64,000 nt of DNA, taken from assembly GCA_963801815.1 (NCBI GenBank), contig CAWDGJ010000007.1, positions 128,001-192,000 of the forward strand, given 5' to 3'. Numbering within the stretch: the first letter of the stretch is position 1; the number at the start of each line of letters is the position of its first letter. The DNA is from an uncultured Verrucomicrobiae bacterium (GTDB lineage: Bacteria > Verrucomicrobiota > Verrucomicrobiia > Chthoniobacterales > UBA10450). The position numbers and the translations under genes are program-made. Positions 1 through 8,132 of the stretch are shown piece after piece. Below the pieces are notes generated by a model, which was not told where the DNA came from, ran no database searches, and saw only the letters and a list, made by a program, of their open reading frames with translations.

Positions 1-713
1 AAGTTGCGCTCAATTCGGCGCCGATGGCAAATAGAAATGCTGCCGGTCTCCTCCGAGACCACGATCGCGACGGCGTCGGATTCCTCCGTAATCCCAAGCG
101 CGGCGCGATGCCGCAGACCGAGACTGCGGTCCAGCGTCTCGCGCTGGCTTACCGGGAAAATACACGCGGCCGCGGCGATTCGCCCGTTACGAATAATCAC
201 ACCGCCGTCGTGCAGCGCGGCTTTCGGATGAAAAATGCTCAAGAGCAGTTCGACCGAGAAATCCGAGTCCAAGGTGACGCCGGTTTCTTCATAAACGCGA
301 ATTGAGGTGTCGCGCTCGATCGCGATTAACGCGCCGAATTGTTTGTTCGCGAGTTGAGTGACCGCTTCCGCCAGGTCGTGGATAGTTTCCCGCTTCTCAC
401 TCGTGAGCGAAAAAATCGGATGGCCGCCAAGCTCGGCCAGACCGCGACGAAGCTCCGGTTGAAAAATCACAACGAGCGCGATCGCGAGGAAAACGGAGAA
501 GCTACGCACCAGCCAGCCGATCACGACCAGGTTCAGTAATGTCGAGATTAGCGTCAGGGTCAGGAAAACAATCGCCAGACCGGTCAGCACTTTGGCGCCG
601 CGTGTGCCGCGAAAATAAAGATAGCCGTAGTAAATGCCGACGCTGAGCAGAATGATCTCAAGAATGCTTCGCCAGCTTTTGAACCAAAGTTGGAGAAGGT
701 CCTGCAGCATCAT
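1..713 (-). CDS. cdaA: Diadenylate cyclase CdaA (DisA_N), 3' end runs off the window
   Basis: Not in the ORF track because it has no stop in the window. Manual translation gives MMLQDLLQLWFKSWRSILEIILL, N-terminal TM helices, FQPELRR, GALIAIER, LHDGG and GLRHRA. Start overlaps the folP stop (ATGA). Confidence 0.9.
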   Translation of the reverse strand, partial: MMLQDLLQLWFKSWRSILEIILLSVGIYYGYLYFRGTRGAKVLTGLAIVFLTLTLISTLLNLVVIGWLVRSFSVFLAIALVVIFQPELRRGLAELGGHPIFSLTSEKRETIHDLAEAVTQLANKQFGALIAIERDTSIRVYEETGVTLDSDFSVELLLSIFHPKAALHDGGVIIRNGRIAAAACIFPVSQRETLDRSLGLRHRAALGITEESDAVAIVVSEETGSISICHRRRIERN

Positions 714-1552
714 GAGATCTCCTCCACGATTCGCAACGCCGCCACGTTTTCTTTCACGTCGTGCACGCGGAGAATGTCGGCGCCCCGCGCGCGCAAGATC
801 GCCGTCAGAGCGATTGTCGGCGAGAGACGGTCACGCATTTCATTCGAGCCGGTAAACTTTCCCAGGAAAGATTTTCGCGAAACGCCGACCATAAGTGGCC
901 GATCGTCCACGCGCAGTTGGTCGAAATCTCTAAGTAGTGACAAATTTTGCTCGAGCGTTTTACCGAAACCAATTCCGGGATCAAACGCGAGCCTCATGGG
1001 ATCAACGCCGCACTCTAGGGCGCGAGAATATTGTTGTCTAAAAAAATCGGCCACCTCTTGTACAACGTCGCCGTACTGCGGATTTTTCTGCATGGTGCGC
1101 GGCTCGCCTTGCATGTGCATCAGCACAATCGCGACGTTCTGTTTCGCGGCCAGGGGCAACATCTGCTCGTCGGCACGGCCAGCGGTGACATCATTGATGA
1201 TCGATGCCCCAACGCTCACCGCCGCATTCGCGACCTCCGACTTCGAAGTGTCGATTGAGATCGGAATGTCGATCTTCGCCCGCAATTTCTCGACCACCGG
1301 AATCACCCGGCGCAATTCCTCCTTCACCGGCACCGGCTCAGCACCGGGTCGCGTTGATTCTCCGCCCACATCAATGACATCAGCTCCCTCGGAAGCGATT
1401 TGGACTCCGCGCTCAACAGCCTTGTCGCAATCAAAAAATTCATTCCCGTCAGAAAATGAGTCCGGCGTGACATTAAGCACGCCCATAACCATTGCTCGCC
1501 TGGAGAGATCGAAAACTTTGTCGCCAATCTTCCAAACGTGCTTAGTCATCAA
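710..1552 (-). CDS. folP: Dihydropteroate synthase
   Basis: Motifs GVLNVTPDSFSDG, DVGGESTRPG, DPGIGFGK, GVSRKSF, LRVHDV. Confidence 0.97.
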   Translation of the reverse strand: MMTKHVWKIGDKVFDLSRRAMVMGVLNVTPDSFSDGNEFFDCDKAVERGVQIASEGADVIDVGGESTRPGAEPVPVKEELRRVIPVVEKLRAKIDIPISIDTSKSEVANAAVSVGASIINDVTAGRADEQMLPLAAKQNVAIVLMHMQGEPRTMQKNPQYGDVVQEVADFFRQQYSRALECGVDPMRLAFDPGIGFGKTLEQNLSLLRDFDQLRVDDRPLMVGVSRKSFLGKFTGSNEMRDRLSPTIALTAILRARGADILRVHDVKENVAALRIVEEIS

Positions 1553-1589
1553 TATTCAGACTAACACGCCGCGCCGCTTATTCGAACGC

Positions 1590-1657
1590 GTTGTGGCGGT
1601 GCTTGTTCTCAAGCACCGAACTAATAAATAGGCGCTTGGCACAAGCGCCTCTACAAC
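1590..1657. repeat. REP-like inverted doublet of hairpins
   Basis: GTGG-CGGTGCTTG-TTCT-CAAGCACCG ... AGGCGCTTG-GCA-CAAGCGCCT-CTAC: two 9-bp perfect stems with GT(A/G)G-type ends. Confidence 0.7.
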
Positions 1658-2172
1658 TATTTTTTGGAATAACGCCCTATCAGTTCACCTTGCGCGATGA
1701 CGTGACCTTTCATCGCCGAGTCAACTTCGCGCCGTTTCGCGCCCGGTTTCAAATCAAGCGTCCGATCGAGTGCGAAGATTTTGAAATAATAACGATGAGT
1801 GCCGGAGGGCGGTTGCGGTCCACCATAACCGATCTCGCCAAAATCGCTTCTGCCCTGCGCCGCCCCGCTCGGCACGCTGCCTTCCGCGATGTCGGCCGTC
1901 TTAGGGTCAATGTTCCAAACCAGCCAGTGGGTAAACAATCCTACCGGTGCGTCGGGATCGTCCACGATCAGTGCCAGACTTTTCGCCTCAGCGGGTACGC
2001 CCGCGATTTGCAATTCCGGGCTGACATTCTGGCCGTTCTTGCTGAATTTTTCCGGAATTGTTCCCCCTTCCTGAAATGCTGGGCTCATGATTTTCATTTT
2101 TGTTCCTCCCGCCGCAAACGCTAACACCGCAGCGGCCGCGCTCACACAAACAGTAATAAAAATTGTTTTCAT
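1657..2172 (-). CDS. YbhB/YbcL family Raf-kinase-inhibitor-like (PEBP) protein
   Basis: DDPDAP, HW, GYGGPQPP and HRYYF motifs; N-terminal signal-like segment. Confidence 0.93.
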   Translation of the reverse strand: MKTIFITVCVSAAAAVLAFAAGGTKMKIMSPAFQEGGTIPEKFSKNGQNVSPELQIAGVPAEAKSLALIVDDPDAPVGLFTHWLVWNIDPKTADIAEGSVPSGAAQGRSDFGEIGYGGPQPPSGTHRYYFKIFALDRTLDLKPGAKRREVDSAMKGHVIAQGELIGRYSKK

Positions 2173-2215
2173 ATTTGGTCGTTAGATCGGCATGCTCCAA
2201 GATGGTTTCGTGAAG

Positions 2216-4438
2216 ATGAGCAAAAACGGTCGCACAATTCGAGATAAGGTGCTTACGCTATTGCGCGCGCCCGATTATCGGCCAGGCGACCGGGATGAGA
2301 TCGCGCGAGCGCTCGGATCAACAGGTCGCGACAAAGTCGAAGTTCGAAAAACGCTTCAAGAGCTTGAACAGGCCGGCGAGATCGCGCGCGTTCGCAAGAA
2401 CCGTTACGTTCTCCCGTCAGAGGCCGATCTCATCGCCGGGAAGTTGTCGATCCATCAGGCGGGTTACGGTTTTCTAGTTTCGGAAAAAGAGGGCCAGCCC
2501 GATATTTTCGTAGCGGCTGAAAATACCGGCACCGCCATGAACGGCGATCGCGTGGTCGTACGAATTAGCCGCGACCTGCCGCCGCAACGCGGCAAGGCAG
2601 GGCGCGCCCGGCCGGGACAGCGGACCGAAGGCCGGGTGATTCGAATTCTCAAGCGCGCACGGGACACGATTGTTGGAACCCTGCAGCACTCGAAGAATTT
2701 TTATTACGTCGTGCCCGATGATCCGCGGATCGTTCACGATGTCTACGTCAAGCCGCCTTCTGTAGCGGCGGTCCATGACCGCCGAGCTCATCAGGAAGAG
2801 CGGCGCTCACAGAGGGCCACTACAGCACGAGTTGGCGATAAGGTCGTCGTTCGTTTGGAGGCATGGGAATCGCGCCATGTAAATCCGGAAGGCGAAATCA
2901 TCGAAGTGCTTGGTTCCGCAACAGCGCCCGGCGTCGACATGCTCTCGATCATCCGGAAATACAATCTGCCGACAGAGTTTCCCAAAGCCGTTCTCGATGA
3001 AGCGAATCGAATCCCAAAATCGGTCGAGCGAAAGATGGTCGAGGGCCGCGAGGATCTGCGCGAAAAATTCATCCTAACAATCGATCCGGATGACGCACGC
3101 GATTTTGACGATGCGATCGATGTTGAAAAGATCGCCAACGAAGGCTGGAAACTCGGGATCCACATCGCGGACGTCTCAGCGTATGTGACTTTAAACAGTG
3201 CGCTTGATCGCGAAGCCCGCCGCCGCGGCAACAGCGTTTACATGCCGGACCGCGTGATTCCAATGTTGCCTGAGCGATTGAGCAACGGCGTTTGCAGCTT
3301 AAATCCCGGCGTCGATCGGCTGACGTTTTCGGTTTTCATAGAATTCGACAACGACGGCCGGCCAAAGAATGCGCGTTTTGCACGGAGCGTCATCCGCAGC
3401 GTCAAGCGGCTCACTTACAAGGAAGCGTACGCGATTCTACAATCGAAACCGAACGGCGAACTCAGCCGGCGATTGCACACCGCATGGGGACTGGCCTCTC
3501 TACTTCGCCGCAAACGCTTTGAACACGGCTCGCTCGATCTCGATTTCCCGGAAGTGAAAGTATATGTCGATGCAAACGGCACACCGGTTCGCCTGGAGCG
3601 GGTCGAGAACGACGAATCGCATCAATTGATCGAAGAATTCATGCTCGCGGCCAACGAGGCAGTTGGGCGCGAGCTGCGGCATCGATCGATTCCCACGATC
3701 TTTCGCGTCCACGAAGACCCGGACCCGGAGAAACTCGGCGAGTATCGGGAATTCATTCTCAGCTTTGGCTACAAGATCGGGGATCTCTCGCATCGAAAAG
3801 AAGTCCAACGTTTTCTGGCATCAATTCGCGGTAAACCCGAAGAGCAGGCACTCAAAATCGGTTTACTCAAGAGTTTGAAGCGCGCGCGTTATGCCGCGCA
3901 ACCGCTTGGTCATTACGGTTTAGCCAAGGCAAATTATCTTCACTTCACTAGTCCGATCCGCCGTTATGCCGACCTGATTGTGCATCGCACGCTGGCAGAA
4001 CGGAACTTATCGAGGCGATCCAAAATCGACGTCGGCCAGCTCGACTCGATGGCCGGTCACATTTCTGACACTGAACGTAATGCGGCGGACGCCGAAATTG
4101 AATCAGTGCGCCTCAAGAAACTTCAGTTCTTCCAACTCCAGCTCGAAGATCGAAATCCCCAAGTTTTCCGAGCGGCGATTGTTGACGTTCGAAACTACGG
4201 GCTCGTGGTTGAACTACCGGACGCTGTCGTAACCGGTCTCGTCCACGTCTCCGCGTTGACGGACGATTTCTATCACTTTGATGCCGCCCAGCGGCGCTTG
4301 ATTGGCCGGCGGACGAACCGCCGATATCGCGTTGGCGACGAAATCCGCGTATTCGTCGCGCGGGTCGATACATTTAAGCAGCAGATTGATTTCGCGATTG
4401 CCGAACCGGCGGGGAAAAAACCTGGCCGCCGCCGCTGA
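2216..4438 (+). CDS. rnr: Ribonuclease R
   Basis: N-terminal HTH, cold-shock domains (GYGF), RNB motifs TIDPDDARDFDDA and HFTSPIRRYADL, C-terminal S1. Start may be 2192. Confidence 0.96.
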   Translation: MSKNGRTIRDKVLTLLRAPDYRPGDRDEIARALGSTGRDKVEVRKTLQELEQAGEIARVRKNRYVLPSEADLIAGKLSIHQAGYGFLVSEKEGQPDIFVAAENTGTAMNGDRVVVRISRDLPPQRGKAGRARPGQRTEGRVIRILKRARDTIVGTLQHSKNFYYVVPDDPRIVHDVYVKPPSVAAVHDRRAHQEERRSQRATTARVGDKVVVRLEAWESRHVNPEGEIIEVLGSATAPGVDMLSIIRKYNLPTEFPKAVLDEANRIPKSVERKMVEGREDLREKFILTIDPDDARDFDDAIDVEKIANEGWKLGIHIADVSAYVTLNSALDREARRRGNSVYMPDRVIPMLPERLSNGVCSLNPGVDRLTFSVFIEFDNDGRPKNARFARSVIRSVKRLTYKEAYAILQSKPNGELSRRLHTAWGLASLLRRKRFEHGSLDLDFPEVKVYVDANGTPVRLERVENDESHQLIEEFMLAANEAVGRELRHRSIPTIFRVHEDPDPEKLGEYREFILSFGYKIGDLSHRKEVQRFLASIRGKPEEQALKIGLLKSLKRARYAAQPLGHYGLAKANYLHFTSPIRRYADLIVHRTLAERNLSRRSKIDVGQLDSMAGHISDTERNAADAEIESVRLKKLQFFQLQLEDRNPQVFRAAIVDVRNYGLVVELPDAVVTGLVHVSALTDDFYHFDAAQRRLIGRRTNRRYRVGDEIRVFVARVDTFKQQIDFAIAEPAGKKPGRRR
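2761..2824. repeat. GTAG REP-like doublet inserted in frame within rnr
   Basis: TGTAG-CGGCGGTC-CAT-GACCGCCG ... GGCGCTC-ACA-GAGGGCC-ACTACA; encodes VAAVHDRRAHQEERRSQRATT. Confidence 0.75.
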
Positions 4439-4549
4439 TCCTGGGCCGTTAACACCTATCAACAGGATATTCACAAGGGGCTTTTTTGACCCAAAAATCT
4501 GCTTCCCTTTTTGAGCCCGACCATCGTAAACTCCGCCGCTTTTTTATAA

Positions 4550-4762
4550 ATGGATAATCTCATCGAGGCGAGGGAGCTGCAGATCGAGCGTAAGCATTTT
4601 CACGTGGAATTCCGCGAAAACGATCGAGGTAAATTCCTGCGCATCACCGAGGAAGCGCACGGCCGCCGCAACACGATCATCGTTCCAAGCACTGGCGTGG
4701 AAGATTTTACGACGGCAATCGACGACGTAATCGAACACGCGGAGCGGATCACGCCCGCGTAA
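4550..4762 (+). CDS. PUR-domain (PurA-like) single-stranded DNA/RNA-binding protein
   Basis: 70 aa; the pattern ERKHFHVEFRENDRGKFLRITE...RNTIIVP matches a single PUR repeat. Confidence 0.8.
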   Translation: MDNLIEARELQIERKHFHVEFRENDRGKFLRITEEAHGRRNTIIVPSTGVEDFTTAIDDVIEHAERITPA

Positions 4763-4769
4763 CTTCTCC

Positions 4770-4830
4770 CGTGGAGGCAGCCGTCTCGGCTACAACCGCT
4801 CAGCAAGAGGCGGGGACGCCTGCCACCACA
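4770..4830. repeat. Degenerate REP-like doublet
   Basis: GTGG-AGGC-AGCCG-TCT-CGGCT ... AGGCG-GGGA-CGCCT-GCCACCAC. Confidence 0.55.
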
Positions 4831-4835
4831 GTCCG

Positions 4836-4865
4836 TTGACACGCGCAAGCGCGCGGAAGTAGGTT
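4836..4865 (+). promoter_or_regulatory. Putative sigma70 promoter of ppdK
   Basis: TTGACA-N18-TAGGTT, followed by a GGAGAG RBS and ATG at 4893. Confidence 0.45.
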
Positions 4866-4892
4866 GGCCACTCTCCTCTTCGGAGAGAACTC

Positions 4893-7666
4893 ATGGCCAC
4901 CAAACGTAAATCAAAGACCCGGAGATCAACAACGCAGCATCGCGCCAAGACGAAGAAATCGAAAACCAAATACGTCTACTACTTCGGCGATGGTCAGGCG
5001 GACGGTAGCGGCAAAATGAAACCGTTGCTCGGCGGCAAGGGAGCAAACCTCGCCGAGATGACGCGGATCGGTTTGCCAGTCCCGCCGGGGTTCACCATCA
5101 CAACGGAAGTCTGCAGCTACTTTTACGCGCACAACCGCAGCTATCCGCCACAGCTCAAGGCCGAAGTCGAAGCCGCATTGGCTAAAGTCGAAAAATCTGT
5201 CGGCAAAAAACTTGGCGACAACGATCGAGCCGCTGCTTGTCTCCGTTCGCTCAGGCGCCCGCGATTCCATGCCGGGAATGATGGACACGATCCTGAATCT
5301 CGGGATGAACGACGAAGTCGTGGAGATCGTCGCGAAGAAAACAAAGAACGCGCGTTTCGCCTGGGATTCTTACCGGCGATTCCTTCAAATGTATGGCGAC
5401 GTGGTCATGGGCGTCCAGAAACGCGCGGGCGAAGATCACGACCCGTTCGAGAGTGTCATCGAGCATTTGAAAGACAAGCGCTACCGTAAACATGATTTCC
5501 CCGACGTCCGGCTCAAGGTCGATGACTTGAAGGAGCTGGTAAAACGTTTCAAAGCGCTGATCAAGGAACGGACCGGGAGATCGTTTCCGCAAGACGCCAA
5601 GGAGCAAATGTGGGGTGCGATTGGCGCGGTGTTTGGTTCCTGGATGAACGACCGCGCGATTGTCTATCGGCGCAAGTATGGGATCCCGCATGATTGGGGC
5701 ACTGCGGTAAACGTTCAGACGATGGTATTCGGCAACATGGGCGACAGCAGCGCGACCGGTGTGGCCTTCACCCGCGACCCGGCAACCGGCGAGAAAGTCT
5801 TCTACGGCGAATATCTGATTAACGCGCAGGGCGAAGATGTCGTCGCCGGCGTGCGCACACCGCATCCGATCGCGATGTTGGCCAAGGAAATGCCTGCCGC
5901 ACACAAGGGACTGATGAAGGTGCGCCAGAACCTCGAGCAGCATTTCAAAGACATGCAAGATCTCGAGTTCACGGTCGAAGAAAGCCGGCTCTACATTCTG
6001 CAAACGCGCAACGGTAAACGAACCGGACACGCCGCGGTCCGCATCGCGGTCGACATGGTCGACGAGAAGTTGATCGACAAAAAGGACGCGGTGCGTCGGA
6101 TACCCGCGGACTCACTCGCCCATCTCCTGGCACCGATCTTTGATCGACAGTCAGCCAGAGCGGCAAAGAAAATTGGTAGCGGACTCGCGGCCGGACCGGG
6201 CGCAGCGTCGGGTCACGTTGTTTTCAGCGCGGAAGAAGCCGTGGCCCGTTCGGCCAAAGGTCAAAAAGTCGTGCTCGCGCGCGTCGAAACTTCACCGGAA
6301 GACTTGCGCGGCATGATCGCCGCGGAAGGAATTCTGACTTCGCGCGGCGGCGTTTCGTCGCACGCCGCGCTCGTCGCGCGCCAAATGGGAAAAGTTTGCG
6401 TCTGCGGCGCGAGCGGAATCGATATCGATTATCAAAAACGAACCCTGAGCGCGAATGGCACAACGCTTGCCCAAGGCGATTACATTTCGATCGACGGCAC
6501 TGCGGGCGAAGTTTTTGCTGGGGAAGTCACGACCGCGCCGTCCGAGATCATTCAGGTCCTCGTCGACCGGACTTTGGACGCGAAGAAAAGCCTGACCTAT
6601 CGGGAGTACGCGAAGTTGATGAATTGGGCGGATGATTTTCGCCGACTTGGGATTCGCACCAATGCGGACACGCCGGAGCAGGTCGCCAACGCGATCGCCT
6701 TTGGCGCGGAAGGCATCGGGCTTTGCCGCACCGAGCACATGTTCTTTGAAGGCAACCGGATCGACGCGATGCGCGAGATGATTCTCGCCGGCACCGAAGA
6801 AAGAACGCGAACACGCGCTCAAGAAATTGCTCCCCTACCAACGCGAAGATTTCGCCGGAATTTTCACAGAGCTGAAAGGATTGCCGGCCACGATTCGGTT
6901 CCTCGACCCTCCGCTCCATGAATTTTTGCCGAACGATCCGGATCAACAGAAGGAATTGGCAGAAAAACTTGGCGTGTCAGTCGAACACATCGCCCGACGG
7001 GTGAAGGAACTGCACGAATTCAATCCAATGCTCGGCCATCGCGGTTGCCGGCTCGGGATCACCTTCCCCGAAATCTCAGAGATGCAGGCGCGCGCAATTT
7101 TCGAAGCGGCTGCCGAAGTGCAAGCAAAGGGAATCAAAGTGAAACCGGAAATTATGATTCCGCTCGTCGGATTTCCAAAGGAACTCAAACTTCAGATCGA
7201 CATCGTCAATCGCGTGGCCGCGGAGGTCGCGAAGAAAAAGAAAACGAAGTTCGATTACCTCGTCGGAACAATGATCGAGATTCCGAGGGCGTGTTTGCGC
7301 GCCGACGAGATTGCGCGCGATGCACAGTTTTTTAGTTTTGGCACAAACGATTTGACTCAGACAACGCTCGGAATGAGCCGCGACGATTCGGGAAGCTTTT
7401 TGCCGCAATACGCGGAGCTCGATATCATCGATACGAATCCGTTCGCATCGATCGACCAAAAAGGCGTCGGCAAACTGATGGAAATGACGTGCGACCTCGG
7501 CCGTAAAACGCGCCCGAACATCAAGCTCGGAATCTGCGGCGAACACGGCGGCGAACCGAACAGCGTCAAATTCTGTCATCGCCTGGGACTCAATTACGTC
7601 AGCTGCAGTCCATTCCGGATCCCAATCGCACGTCTCGCCGCCGCCCAGGCCGCGATTGCGGAATGA
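4893..7666 (+). CDS. ppdK: Pyruvate, phosphate dikinase (two apparent +1 frameshifts near 5229 and 6803)
   Basis: Three ORF pieces join into one [35 protein letters not shown] (phospho-His), [30 protein letters not shown]. Confidence 0.95.
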
Positions 7667-8091
7667 CTGACATGAGCCAACTCATGCGTTTCCCCAGTTC
7701 AGTGGAACGCGATCCAGCTATTTCGGCCTGGATGCATGAGCATTCGGGTGAATTGGGAGCTATCGCGCAGCGCTGGTTTGAAGTCATGCGCGCCTGCGGT
7801 GACGACGTCCGAGAGCTATTGCATGATGGTCACCCGACGGCGTGTGTCGCTGACGCGGCGTTCGGCTACGTCAATGCGTTCAAAGCCCACGTCAATGTCG
7901 GGTTCTTTCGTGGCGCCGAGATTGCCGACCCTGAGCGTTTGTTGGAAGGCACCGGCAAGTTCATGCGCCACGTGAAACTGAAGCCCGGAAGTAACGTCAA
8001 TGCCGCAGCGTTGACGCAACTCATCGAAACTGCATACTCTGACATGAACGGGCGCGTTAAGGCAGAGTCGTTTTGCGGAGACGCTGTATAA
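7663..8091 (+). CDS. DUF1801 (YdhG-like) domain protein
   Basis: [10 protein letters not shown] and [13 protein letters not shown] motifs; overlaps the ppdK stop. Confidence 0.8.
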   Translation: MTDMSQLMRFPSSVERDPAISAWMHEHSGELGAIAQRWFEVMRACGDDVRELLHDGHPTACVADAAFGYVNAFKAHVNVGFFRGAEIADPERLLEGTGKFMRHVKLKPGSNVNAAALTQLIETAYSDMNGRVKAESFCGDAV

Positions 8092-8132
8092 CAATTCATT
8101 CAAGCCGATGCGACTTCGGCCGCTTAGATTGA

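Noticed and set aside
690..1631. 313-aa plus-strand ORF and many similar long antisense ORFs (e.g. 5251-6030, 20072-20848, 41591-42253, 51248-52207)
   Set aside because: They shadow well-supported genes on the opposite strand and show no family motifs; expected in GC-rich DNA.
6457..6471. Sigma54-like TGGCAC-N5-TTGC motif
   Set aside because: It lies deep inside the ppdK coding sequence with no gene start nearby.
4893..7666. ppdK as a pseudogene or programmed frameshift
   Set aside because: All catalytic motifs are intact, there is no slippery heptamer, and the indels match the window-wide error pattern.
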